Notes: generated by a model not told the origin, from the letters alone. DNA of 63,958 bases, filler included, from Piptocephalis cylindrospora (GCA_003614145.1; 7 parts of 7 records of this genome joined end to end with filler, not necessarily neighbours in it); one strand, 5' to 3'; shown: positions 13,122 through 25,451, counted from the first letter of the whole stretch. A program made the numbers and translations.

Positions 13122-15270
13122 TTTTCTCGATGGACCTGTCCCAGAAACTTTGGAAAGGCCTTCCAATACTACAAGTCCCTGGCGGATCAATGGGGCAACG
13201 CCACGGCACAACACCGACTGGGTGTCATTTACTCCTTTGGCTTTGGTCCTGTTGAGCAAGATCAAGGAAAGTCCCTCTTGTACTACACCTTTGCCGCTGC
13301 TGGGGGCGATCAGCAGGCCCAAATGACCCTGTCCTACAAGTACCTGTACGGCATTGGTGTCCCCAAGGATTGTGAGGAGTCTGTCTATCATGCACGCGAT
13401 GTGGCCGATAAGGCCATGGAGGAATTTTACTCGGGTCCCCCTGGCGGCAAGACCCTGCCCAGGGCAAAATACAGACTTTCCCAAGAGTTTGGCGGGGCTT
13501 ACGGCGTTGACGGCCACGGCAGAGAGGGGGGAGGTGAGGAGGATACCCTTCCGGAGATCATCGAGTACTTTCGCTACACCGCAGAACGCGGCGATTATAT
13601 GGGTAACTTGGTCCTAGGTCAGGTCTTCTACCAAGGCACCCCATCTATCCCGGCCAATTACCCAAGAGCTCGGAAGCATCTACTGGACACAGCAGAACTG
13701 ATCTTTCAACGGGACGGTCGTAAACGTAGCTCATCCGCCTCCACCTCTTCTGCCTCCTCCAAGGGAAAATCTAAAGAAAAGAGAGATGAGGCCCTGGTGG
13801 AAGCGGCAGCCCAGGCCGCTGGCCTCCTCGGTCGTATGTACTACCGGGGTGAGGGGGTCAAAAAGGATGTGGAGGTGGCTCGTCGTTGGTTCCTCTGTGC
13901 AGCCGATGAGGGCAACGCCGATGGGCTTTACGGCCTAGGTGATATGTACCTCACTGGCGCCAATGGCATCCAGGACACGGACAAGGCCATCCGCTTCCTT
14001 AGTAAGGCCGCTAGCAAGGGTCATGTCGAATCCCTCTCCACCCTAGGGCTCATGGCCTTTGAGGCTAGAAAGGACGATGAGGCCATGCAGTGGTTTACTC
14101 ATGCCGCCGATAAGCAGGATACCCAGGCTAGGTATTACCTGGGTGAGATGTACAATGAGGGCTGGGGTGCGGCCCGATCCTGCCCCATGGCCATCTCCCA
14201 CTTCACCTCCGTCACTGAATCCCTGGACTGGTCTTACTCCCCTATCCCCAAGGCCTACAATGCCTACAGGGCTGGGGCCCACCAGACTTCAGCCCTCCTC
14301 TACCTCATTTCCGGAGAGATGGGCTACGAGGTGGGTCAGGCCAATGCGGCTTGGCTACTGGATCAAGGTAAATCTGTGTGACTTTGACGTGTATATCCAA
14401 TGTCTATATCTTCCCTTACCATAGTCTACCCCCTCCTCCTCTTATATAGTCCTTCCAGAAAAGGCATTGGGTTTGGAGAAAAGGGAAAGGGAAGAGTTCA
14501 CCCTTGCCCTATGGACCCGATCGGGGAACCAAGGCTCAGGAGAGTCCCGAGTCAAGGCCGGGGATGGCCATTACTGGGGTAAAGGAACCCAGGTGGATGT
14601 GGTCAAGGCAGCGGAATTGTACGAGACGGCCGCTACCCATGACCTTAATCCTATGGCCATGTGGAACCTTGGATGGATGCACGAACATGGCATTGGTGTT
14701 CCCCAGGATCTTCATCTGGCAAAGCGATATTACGATCAGACCTTGTCTAGGATGCCTGACGCCCACCTCCCCGTCAGTCTCTCCATGATGGGTTTATGGG
14801 TTCGGTGGGCCTGGAATTGGTGGCGTGGGGAGGAAGTGTCCAGGCCTCATGATTTTCTTCACCGGACCCCATCCCCGCCCAAGAAAAAATATGAGGAGGA
14901 GGAGGATGGGGAGGAGGGGAAAGCGGAATGGGATATTGGAAAGCAAGGGGAAAGGCTGGAGGAATTGGGTCGACGACGCAAGCGGGAGGAGGAGGAAGCC
15001 AATGGGAGCCAGGAGGGAGGGGAGGGAGGAGATGACACTGGTGATGGGTTCTGGGAAAGAGGAGGAGGGGACGGAACAATGGAGGAGACACTAGAGGAGG
15101 GTCTAGTGGATTCCATGATCATCCTTCTCCTCTGTGGACTCGTTGCCTGGATGGTCTATGTAAGGCAACTTCGTGTACGGGGTCAAGTCCCCCCTCCTGC
15201 CGCTCCGGGCGCACCTAGAGATCAACCCTTGCCCGGAGGACCAGTGGATGCAAGGCCACTTTTCATGTGA
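13122..15270 (+). CDS. HRD3: HRD3/SEL1L-like protein, exons 2-3 (13122-14367, 14450-15270): Sel1 repeats and C-terminal TM helix
   Basis: Motifs LYYTFAAAGG, AQMTLSYKYLYGIGVPKDC, SGEMGYEVGQANAAWLLDQ and AMWNLGWMHEHGIGVPQDLHLAKRYYD. TM segment is SMIILLLCGLVAWMVYV. Intron 14368-14449. Confidence 0.92.
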
Positions 15271-15482
15271 TGATGGAATGAGGCTGGATTGGGTTGGATT
15301 GGGTAGGAAGATATAGTTTTCTTTTACATGCAGTGGTAGTCTATTCACGAAGATTTGAAGGGGATGTGGAAAAGGAAGAAAAAACCGTGGGGATATATTG
15401 GCTCACACAAGGGCCTTGGATTGGGTTGAAATTGTGATGGAGATGCGTGTTTGAAAAGAGAAAAAAAGAAAGAAAAAGCGGG

Positions 15483-17094
15483 TCATTGACAGGCTTCCTC
15501 TAGAGCGCCTTGACCTGGACTGGAAGGGTCGGATGACCCATCTTTACCGCCCTCCTCATCCTCTTTGATCCCACACATGGGATAAAGAGAGACAGGGAGG
15601 GCACGAAGGGGAAAGACCTCGGGAGCCGTACGATGTAGGGAGAGAAGGGCCTTAAAATCCTGTTCGAGGGCGGCAATGAGTTGTCGTCGACGTTCGCGGA
15701 AGACACGAGCACTCAGTTTATTCTGAAAGCGACGACGTTCGGCCGGGGAGAGCATGGCGATCTCTGGGGGCAGGGAGGCGAGGCCAGTCCCAACCAGCCC
15801 GCTGTCCTGTTCCATCTTTGGGAGGGTAAGGACGGCAGAGCGCATCTCGGACATGGCATCCTGGAACATGGGCTTTCCCTCGGGATCGACCGCGCGATGC
15901 AGAGTGGACTGCAGGGTCATGATACCCTGTTCGAGGTCGGCCTGGTACTGCTTCCTCCGAGCGCGGAAAGCGGCTGATGACTTTTGATTCCGGAGCCTCC
16001 GTCTCTCCAGGGCACTGAGGGCCTTTCCATTGAGGGGGGAGGAGCTGATGGTGGAGGAGGAGGAGGGGGAGGTGGAAGGAGAAGCGGATGGAGAAGTGGG
16101 GACGGATGGGATGGGGGAAGAGGAGGAGGAGGAGACCGGGGAGTAGGCGGAGGAAGAGGAGGAATTTGGAGTATTGAACCCATCCGGGACCTGTGGGGAA
16201 AGAGAAGAGGAGCCTGGGTGAATGGGACGATTGCGATGGGGATGGAAAGGGTGAGGATGAGTATGGGGATGAGAATGAGAATGGGCATGATGAGCATGAG
16301 GAGGGGGAAGAGTATAGTATCCGGTGGTGGAATGGGCCCATGCATCGGAGGAACGTGGGTAAGAGGAATCTTGGGGATGGAGATGGATGGGATCATCTTC
16401 ATCGAGCAAAGAGGACACCGAGGATGAGGCGGAAGCGTAGGGAGAAGAAGGGAGTGACGAGGTGGAGGCATTGGTGTAGGGACGCTGGTAAGGATGGGAG
16501 GGACGAGGTGGGAGATGGTAAGGATGGGGGGGATGAGGATCATCCACACCTGGTTCGGAAAGGACAACGACCCTAGAATAAGAGGGAACGCGGGTAGAGG
16601 GGATGGGGCCAGAGGAGGCGGCCGAGGTCAATGGGGGGAGATGGGATTGGAAGTGACCCATGGAGGAGGATTGTCGAAGTGGTACAGCGGCTCCTGGGTG
16701 CTTTGGCGCCGCAGAGGAGGAGGAGGAGGAGGAGGAGGAGGAAGGGGACGGAGAGGTAAAGGAAGGAGGCAGGGTAGAGAGGATTGGGGGAAGAGTGAGG
16801 GAATTGGAGGTGGTTGAGGGGCCTGAAGGGCCCATACTCCCACTATCGGACATAAGGGAGGGGAGTCGCCCATAAGAGGAGGAGGAGGAGAGGGGGGCAC
16901 CGCCAGCAGAACCACCACCACTTTGACTGGACCGATAGGGGTCATAGGCACGGCAGCAGCCTGGAGGGCCCAAGATGAGGTAAGTTGCCCCCTCTTCTCC
17001 CCCCCTCTCCCCTTTCCTAGACACCGGATGTGCATCAATCCTCACAAGTGTGTGAGTGGCGTGTAGGCGTGTGAGAGGTTCTTCCCATGTCCAT
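15483..17094 (-). CDS. Transcription factor with two bZIP-type basic regions; probable exons 17094-17046 and 16960-15483
   Basis: The two regions are ERRRLRNQKSSAAFRARRKQYQADLEQGIMTL and ERRRFQNKLSARVFRERRRQLIAALEQDFKAL. The N-terminus is long and S/P/H-rich. The first exon and intron are tentative. Confidence 0.75.
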
Positions 17095-17632
17095 CAATCA
17101 ACGTGAGTGTGGAGGCTCTCATGGGAATGGTGGTGGCGTTGATCCTTTCTATCCTGCAAGCGTATAAGTGTGTCCTGCTCACCATCCTTCCATACATTGT
17201 GTGAGAGGAAGAATGAATGCCCTCCTCTCCCTCTCCTCCCCTCCCCCTCTTCTTGCCCCACAACTAGGGAAAAAAATACATTCATCCCCACTCGCCTCCT
17301 TCACCCTCTACTCCTTTCTTCATCTCATCCCCTCACACATTCACACCCCACACATAAGACCAACGAGTGTGGGACGCCCAGGATGACGTGGCCCTTACGA
17401 GTCCATCTACCCACATCCACACCCACACACCTCCCATGACCAACTCCGACAAGGTCTTTTGCGCAGAGCGGGGATGCCGCGTCTCAGCGGATAAAGTAGG
17501 GAGCGGAGTGCCAATGTTCCAGCACCCGCTCCCACCGAAGATGTAGGAGTGGGAAGGAAGAGATGGCCGGGGCTCTCTTGAGGAGAGGGGGTCGTAGCTC
17601 CTCCCCACCACTCGAATCCCCTTTCCAAGAAG

Positions 17633-17729
17633 ACACACACATCTACGAGCACACACACATCTACGAGCACACACACACGCACACACACATACATACATAC
17701 ATACATACATACATACACCCACACACACC
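17633..17729. repeat. Compound (AC)n/(ACAT)n microsatellite with a duplicated ACACACACATCTACGAGC unit
   Basis: Directly visible. Confidence 0.85.
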
Positions 17730-18260
17730 TTCATAGCGTGCTTAGCCGCACCCTTCCCCTCGGTCAAGGTCCCAAAAGGGAGGCGGTGGCAGCGACCGAG
17801 ATCTCTGGCTGGTACCTAAAGGCCGCTCTTCCTTCTCATCTTCCCACTCCCCCCTTCCCTCCCTCTCTCCTTTCTTTCCTCCTCCTCTTCCTCTCCACCA
17901 CCACCGCCTCTATCCTCCCCCCTCCCTCTCTCTTCTTGCCGCCGCGGCCATCGCCATCGTCGTCGTTGCATACGTGTAACCAAGAGACCTTTAAGGATTG
18001 TGTGACACCCCCCTTCCCTCCCCCCTCTCCCCCTCTTCCCTCGGGAAGCCTCCTCCCACTCTCAGGCTCAACTTGCGTGTACTCTTTCTCTTTTTGTTGG
18101 TGTTGCAATCCCTCCATCCATCTCCTTCCCCACACACGTCTTGACCCATCATCATCAGCATCTTTAATTGTTGATCCATCCATCGGGATTGCTCCTTTTC
18201 TCTCCTTCTCCTACACTGGCCTCGCTTCATCCCCCTCAGCCCAGGAGCTCCCCTTTCTCC

Positions 18261-18873
18261 ATGGATCATTCCTCTCCCTCCCCATACACCCCATCTCCTC
18301 ATCCCATGGGCCCGCATGGAGATCCCCACGTCACCCCCTCCCCCTCCTCCTCGCAGGCCTCAGTCCCACGCACTATTCTCTCCCCGGCCCCAGTGGAAAT
18401 TGGTGATAGGAGCTACTCATACTCCTCAGTCCATGCCCCTCCTGCTTCCATCCAGCTTCCCAAGATCGTCACTGCCATGACCTCCATCTCTGTCATGGAC
18501 GATGTCCCCCATCCCACTTCCACCCAACGTCTCCCTAGCATTTCCACTCTCACCACCAATCCCTTTGCCAGTAGGTCCTCTTCGGTCCATTCATCCTTCT
18601 CTTCTTTCCTCATAACCACTCATCCTTCCCCTCTCTCCTCCCCCCCATTAGGTCGTAGGATTAACTCGGTCGGCATAGGAAGATCCTCCTCCTCCTCCGC
18701 TGCCCTGGATCGTCCCTTTGACCGTCCCTCCTCCTCCCTTTCCCATACCTCTTCTACCTCCACCTCCACCTCCACCGCCCATTATCATCCCTACGATCGG
18801 GAAAGGTCCTCCCCCCTCCTGCATCCTCGTCCCATGGGGAGGAGGAGAGAGGGGAAGGATGAGTGGTTATGAG
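18261..18873 (+). CDS. Probable N-terminus of a regulatory protein (S/P-rich), cut by the contig end
   Basis: ATG at 18261 and frame open to the contig end. Contains QLPKI, RLPSISTL and YHPYDR motifs common in fungal TF disordered regions. Possible in-frame intron at about 18571-18651. Confidence 0.45.
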
Positions 18874-18981
18874 NNNNNNNNNNNNNNNNNNNNNNNNNNN
18901 NNNNNNNNNNNNNNNNNTTAATTAATTAANNNNNNNNNNNNNNNNNNNNNNNNNNNNNNNNNNNNNNNNNNNNGAGGTGAG

Positions 18982-19058
18982 AGGGGGGGGGGGAGGGGGG
19001 GGGGGGGGGGGGGGGAGGGGGGGGAAGTGTGGGGGGCGAAAAAGGAGGAGGGTAGGAA

Positions 19059-19097
<39 letters not shown>
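18982..19097. repeat. Poly-G / G-rich tract at the contig start
   Basis: Homopolymer runs of up to about 39 G. Confidence 0.9.
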
Positions 19098-21479
19098 TAG
19101 GGTCCAAGAAAACAAAAAAGAATCACTTGAATGCCAAAGAAAAATGCAATGGGGATGATGGATCAAGGATTGAAGAGAGAGGGAAGAAGAGTGTGCGTGT
19201 GGGGAGAGGGAAGAAGAGGCAGATTGAGGTAGACTACTTGGGTGGGGGGAATGGACCAACAGGCCAGGAAGAGGACTGGCCTTATATACTCGACGGATCA
19301 GATCCTGGTTAGGGAGAGTGGTGAGGCCACAGTGTGTAGGGAGGGGAGGGGATGGGATGGGATCGAGTTCCCTCCTCTTTCTCTCTCCTAGGGGAGGGGG
19401 GAGAGAGGGGACCGAGTAAAGCGGGAGGGACGGAGCCAGACAGGTTAGCCTGGGTGAGTCTGGAGAGGCCGGGGGATTGGGCGAGGAGCGACGACGACGA
19501 CGACGACGACGAACGACGGCGACTGCAGTAGTGAACGATGAAGAAAGGGACGGGACTATCTGCTGGTCACTATGGGGGTTTCTCCCTCTCACACACACAC
19601 ACACACATATACAGTAGAGAGGCAGACGGGCATGAAGAGGGGGAGAGGGACACACATATGCGCCTCACAGTTCATTCTTCCTTACCGTTGTCTTCCTGCT
19701 CTGCCCTCCAATGAGGAAGGAGGGAATAGGACTGACTGACAACCACTCGGAAAGCCGGGGGAGGGGACGACGCTAAAGGGTGATGATGATGATGCGGGGG
19801 GAGGGGTCCGCCTAGAGTTGGAGGGACAGAAAAGGTCTATGTGTGTCTGTGCCTGTGTCCATTTTGGGTGGTCGGTAGAACCCCTTGCCTTCTCTCTGAT
19901 TCATTCATACGATGGTGCAAGAGGAGGGGGCACACACATATTGAGAGTCATATAAAAGATACACGCCTATTCACTGTGTACATTAGAAAGATGTGTGTGT
20001 GTCTGTCTGAGTGTGGCAAGGGTGAGTCAATGGGAGTGAGATGATTTTTATAAAAGTAGCACACAGACAACATATACAGAGGTCGGATGGGGAGAGACAA
20101 GAGGATCATTGGGATGATTGGAGGAGAGGCCTGTCCTTCTCATGGATTGGCCGGGATGAGGTTTTGGGCTGGATAGATACTCAAATTCGCAGCTCTGTGT
20201 TATAGAAAGACAAGAGTAAAAGTGGCCGACAATATGCCCCTTCCTTGTGTGTGCAGTAAAGGGGCAAAAAGATGAGAGTTGTTCATTCCCCCCCGACCTT
20301 CTCTTAAGACCTCACACACATACTGGTGTCATCATGCTCAGTAACAACGATAGGGGCACCCCGTCTGGAGGGGTGGGGTAAGAAGGGCTACTGCTGCTGC
20401 TGCCCATCCCCTTCCCCCCCCGTTATCCGCATAGCATCGGCCCGCTTCCTCTCCGATTTGACCCTCTAAATGAAGTGGGAGGTCAGCTCTCGTCCCCACA
20501 ATGTCAATGTGTTACTACTACTGCTACTACTGCCCTTTCGTGTCGCCCTCCGTACACTAGAGAGCAGAGCCATTATTCACTTGAAGAGCAAGCAGTAAGT
20601 AGGTACCACACCACACACACACATCATCCTGCTCTGCACTATGTGCTATGGAGGATCCTTAAGGGGATAGATGACAGGACACAGAGAATGACGATAATTA
20701 GGGAGAGTGGGGAGAGAAGGACCCGATCCCGTTTCATCCATGATAGACACAAAGAGGCCCTCCCCCCTCTTCCTCACCCACCACATCCCACTCGACACCA
20801 ACGAGATGGGCAGGCGGCCTGACCAGTCCAATGTCTCTTTCCTCTCCCCCATGTACAAAGGGATGGATGGAAGGCAGGGGTGAAGCTCACCCTGATCCAT
20901 TCGTCATGGCCAACCAAGAGAGAATGCACTTGATCTCACGGATCATTCCCATCCTCCCTGAGGGACAGATCAGAGGTCCATTCAATCTTACCCTCCTCCC
21001 AGTGGTCCAGGTGGATCATGAACAGGCCGGGTAGGAGGAGCGAGAGCCCATCTAGACCCCCCATAAGCACACAGAGAGAGGCTATATACACACCGCAAGA
21101 GAGAAAGCGCCCATACACGCACATACAGAGATTACACAGACATAAACACGGACCAACACACGATACAACACTCTCGAAAATCAGTCAAATGAAATTCAAT
21201 ATTTACAACTTTCTGTGACAACGAGACTAGGTTAGATCAGAGTGACTCTCTGGTCCTCCTACCCCCCACACACACTGCGCCATCCCCAGTCATACATCCC
21301 CTTTCTCACCTGACTGGCTTCCTTGGCATCATGACCCTCCCCGCGAAACACACATCACTTGAAAGCTCTTCTTGGACACGAGACTCGTCTCCCGGTCGTC
21401 TCTCTTTCTTTCTTTCTCTCTTTCACCATCTCATCTCTCTTTCGCCATCTCTCTCTCTTGTCATCCTCTCCTCCCCACA

Positions 21480-22016
21480 ATGCCTCTCAGTAACAAGGAT
21501 GTCGTCCAGGTCCTCATCGCCTTCTTCTTCCCCCCCCTGGCTGTCTTGCTGAAGCGAGGCTGTGGCCTCGACTTTGTCATCAACATCCTCCTCTCTATCC
21601 TCGGGTTTATACCTGGTAAGCTCCTTTCCTTCCCCCCGACATTGTCCATCCACCTCGCTCATCCTCTCCCCCCCCTCCTCTCAGGTCTCCTCCATGCTTG
21701 GTATCTCATCTTCAAATTCAATGACGTGAACGGATACTCGGATCTAGAATCGGGTGGAGGCGCTGCCGCACACGAACGTCGTGCCTTCCTGTCCCCTCAG
21801 GATCATCATGGGACCCATCATCGAGTGATCCTCGTTTCTCCAGCCCAGTCCTCTCACCAGGCCGGTCATCTTGCCCAAGGTGCTAGTCCCATTCTGCCAC
21901 AGCAAGCCCCAGCGACCTCCTCCACCAATACTCAGTCTACTATCGCCCATGTCGAGGATTCCTCTTCCGAAGCTCCTCCCCCCTATCCTGCCGTTGTTGT
22001 AGGCCATCAAAAGTGA
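21480..22016 (+). CDS. Pmp3/Sna (UPF0057) proteolipid with an extended C-tail; intron 21616-21684
   Basis: Core VLIAFFFPPLAVLLKRGCGLDFVINILLSILGFIPG-LLHAWYLI, with a C-terminal PPPY. Confidence 0.9.
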   Translation: MPLSNKDVVQVLIAFFFPPLAVLLKRGCGLDFVINILLSILGFIPGKLLSFPPTLSIHLAHPLPPLLSGLLHAWYLIFKFNDVNGYSDLESGGGAAAHERRAFLSPQDHHGTHHRVILVSPAQSSHQAGHLAQGASPILPQQAPATSSTNTQSTIAHVEDSSSEAPPPYPAVVVGHQK

Positions 22017-22827
22017 GAGGGGCATTCGATTCATCCTCTCCGTACCGCCAGGGCTTTACTGTCTTCTCCTCCCCCCTCTTGGTGTGTGTGTCGGATGAGG
22101 TGTGCATTCTTTCCTTCCTCCCCCTCCTCCCTCTTTGTGTTGATAAATTCATCCATACCGTCGACTACCTCCTGCACTGCGATAACGTAGACTCATTCTC
22201 CTATTCACGTCAAAAGCCCCAATCTCCTAGAGTGTACTACATCGACATCGCGAAGGGAAAGGAGATAACACACCCATGTTTTATGAACAGCCACTCTAAA
22301 CACCACTCTCAAGTATCATCTGTATAAACCATTTAACCACCCGCAAACTCAGCCGGTAGAGGCGAGACATTCCTCACAAGACAAAGGAATGTATCCCTTA
22401 CCGAAAGGAGGTGGCCCTTATTAAGAAAAACCCCAAACTAACATATCCAAGCCTGGGAGGAGAATGAAACAGGGGGACCACATTCAGACTCCGCCCTGCC
22501 TTACTTCTCCGACTCTCCTCTCGTTTGAATGATTAGATGTGTGAGCCAGACAGGAGGACCCTGAAAGGTATAAAGGAAGATCAAGTCTGGCCTGATTTCT
22601 TCACGCCCTCACCTTTCCCCCAACCCATCCTTCCCCTCCCCTCGCCTCCCCTCTCCCCGCCTCTCCTCTTTCCTTCCCCAACTATCTCCTCACATTCGCT
22701 AGTCGAGTGTCCCCCTCCTTTCCCCCCTTCTCAATAAACCATTTAACCCCTTTCCTGTCATTCATATTCGCTGCGCGAATATCTCTTCTCTCCTCTCTCG
22801 CTCCTCCTCCCTTCCCCCTTCACCACC

Positions 22828-24081
22828 ATGCACTTCATCTCCTCCCACGCCCTGTTGACCTTTACCATTGCCACTGGGGCTTTTTCTGCTCCTAGCCAAG
22901 ACAGCGGTGCCGAGACATTATCTGCGTACATCTCCAAAAAGTTTACGTCGCCTCCAACAACTCTAGGGATTGACTATGGGAAAATCGGGACGGTGTGCTC
23001 TCCTGGACCTGTCACTGGATTAGAATACTATACGAACTCTACCGAGCCTCTCAGCCATAGCCTCGTCTTGCCAGAGAAAGAGGCCAAGGAAGCGATCGAC
23101 GCGGTCAATAAGAATGATGGATTCATTCCTCCTTATGTGCCAATCCAAGAACAGATGCTCAGCTGGGATAGTCCCTCCACAGAATTCGCCGACTCTAGCC
23201 CACCAATGGTGGAAATGGAGCCAAAGAAGCGGTGCATTGTCCTCCTGAACTACGCAGGAGAGAAAGCTACCAATGTAACTGTGTATGTCAACTGGCTAAC
23301 CACCCCTACTGCGACGTCCTTATACTACCCTGCGTCTCTCAATAATTCCTTACTTGTTGAGAGGAAGAGTGAACCTGAGATCAAACCCTGGCTCCCTTGG
23401 CTGACTGATGGATCCAAGACGTACAACGACTACCTCTTCTCCAAAGTTGAGCCCAAACTTATCCCTGTCAAGGAAAAGAACCCCTCTTCGGTTACCTTTG
23501 ACCCTGAGGACAAGAGCATTCCAATCATCAAGCTAAAGAGTACCTCTTATGCCACCATGAATTATCCTGAACAGGCGAATGCAACCATCAAGGACACGCT
23601 GATTATTCCACCTAACAATATGACCACTATCTGCTCGATAGGCCCCGTTGGAGGGGTTTCTTACGCAACTAAAAGTAGCTCATCCATCAGCTCGATTTTT
23701 CTCCAGTCAGAAGAACATGCAAAAAAGACAGTGGACTACTATCGTGGTATTGGCGATTACCCAACCATCGATCTCTCTCCCAGGATGAGCGCCCTTTATT
23801 GCGAGGGAATGGGGTTTTCAGAATGCAACAACTCCAATCCCCCTGGTCAGCTGATGCCTCTCGAATCGATGTGTCTCGTCTTTTACAACCAATTCGAGAA
23901 CACCACCGTGTCGCTTGATGCGGAGGTTGAATGGCTAGTGATTAAGAAGCATACCGGCCACTACAGTATGCATCCGGGCATTTTAAAGGATCTTTTGAAG
24001 GCTGCAGAGAACGATGAGAGTGTCCGTCCTTGGGTGACCTTCCGTAGCGCCGAGGAGCCCAAGCCTGAATGGATGGCCTAG
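22828..24081 (+). CDS. Secreted protein of unknown function, 417 aa, two internal repeats
   Basis: Signal-peptide-like MHFISSHALLTFTIATGAFSAP, intronless, several NxS/T sites, upstream TATAAA (about 22569). Confidence 0.8.
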   Translation: MHFISSHALLTFTIATGAFSAPSQDSGAETLSAYISKKFTSPPTTLGIDYGKIGTVCSPGPVTGLEYYTNSTEPLSHSLVLPEKEAKEAIDAVNKNDGFIPPYVPIQEQMLSWDSPSTEFADSSPPMVEMEPKKRCIVLLNYAGEKATNVTVYVNWLTTPTATSLYYPASLNNSLLVERKSEPEIKPWLPWLTDGSKTYNDYLFSKVEPKLIPVKEKNPSSVTFDPEDKSIPIIKLKSTSYATMNYPEQANATIKDTLIIPPNNMTTICSIGPVGGVSYATKSSSSISSIFLQSEEHAKKTVDYYRGIGDYPTIDLSPRMSALYCEGMGFSECNNSNPPGQLMPLESMCLVFYNQFENTTVSLDAEVEWLVIKKHTGHYSMHPGILKDLLKAAENDESVRPWVTFRSAEEPKPEWMA

Positions 24082-25451
24082 TTATCACCAAGATCCTCTC
24101 AAGCCCTCCATTATTATGGCACTCCTGGCACCTTGATCATCCTTCTGGGCTAACAAGCACAGTCAAGTTCACTGCTAAACATTTAAAACGAATGCATGCC
24201 GAGCCTCTGTACCAGAAGTTTTGTTAGTTGGAATAAACACGGATTTCGATCATTTTCAACATTTATATTTCCGTATTCTATTTATTAGGTGACTTAAGGA
24301 AGATAGTGGCGGGAGAGGGACATACAAGATACGAGGATGATTACTCGACATCGATCTAGGGGCATGTTGACCAGAATGTGACATAATGTATCCATTCTAA
24401 TCGAATTAGAGGCAATTATATATTCATTTTGAGCGCACTTTTTGAGTATAGCTTTACACTCAGATAATATTGTTTGTTAAGAGGTAGAAACCGTAGATAA
24501 AGAAATCGAGGATCCCCGTCAATCTTGAGGGAGAACTCTTGAGAGGATTGCGTGAAATGGCCCATGTGTGAACGCAGAGCTGCTGAGAGCTATGGTTACT
24601 GAAGAATTTATTGTCTTAAGGGGAACATACACCCAAGGAACAGTCGGGGGGACGAAGGCAGGAGCCTTAAGCCCATGGCAAGGTAGGGCAGGGTAGAAAG
24701 GCAAGTGGGGGTGGTGGAATCCAAACCCACAACCGCGAGGTCTTCAGTACAGCGCTCTATCCTTTACGCTCCTTTGCTGAGAGCTATGGAGTAAAATTGG
24801 GCTCTGACTCTTCACCAAAACGACATACTACTCAATAAACACCGATCTGTTCATAATGAAGAAATACACGACTCCTCAATCTACAGCATTGGACTATAGG
24901 GATGGATACCAATAGTATAATTTTTTGCCTTTATATTGCTAGGAAGAGGAGCAATCGAGAGGGGATATCGAGAATTACCACCCCTTTTTAGGAGCTCCAC
25001 TGGTCAAAATCATACCAAAGATTTTTCACTTGAACCCTCCGTTGGATCCTGCAGGCCCTTAGCGGAGATGGGAATGTGAATCTCCAGAACGTGTAGTCAC
25101 AAAACGGATCGTTCAGTGTAATGCAGGCCTGTCTTGCATGAAAAGATGCAATCCATCGCTGAGGCGGGTAAACGCGATAATTTCTACCCATTTTTGCTAT
25201 GTAGGGAGAACGGAGTATATTTTCCCTTCAGCATTCTCAACCACCTTACTTTGACTCTTCTCTTTTTCCTTATTACGACTACTTCCTTCAGCAACTACGG
25301 TTACCCAAGCGATCCCCTTTCCCATTACAACAGCCTTTTCCCTTTTGATACAATCTCTTCCCTTCTGATACGACCTTCTCCAAGACAATCCAGAGGTGAC
25401 TTTACTCCTCTACCTTCCACGTTAGCCATCTTCGTTTTTTCCCTTTCAAGG

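Noticed and set aside
15681..16875. Many plus-strand and alternative-frame ORFs over the bZIP gene
   Set aside because: Shadow ORFs of stop-poor, low-complexity coding DNA. The same applies over the HRD3, NELF-B and Zn2Cys6 genes.
18918..19655. Poly-Pro (formin or extensin-like) ORFs
   Set aside because: They arise from poly-G tracts at a contig edge and run into the linker.
25134..25451. N-terminal 106 codons of the 325-aa ORF
   Set aside because: It looks like pyrimidine-rich leader sequence. The ATG at 25452 gives a signal peptide that matches the paralog's layout.
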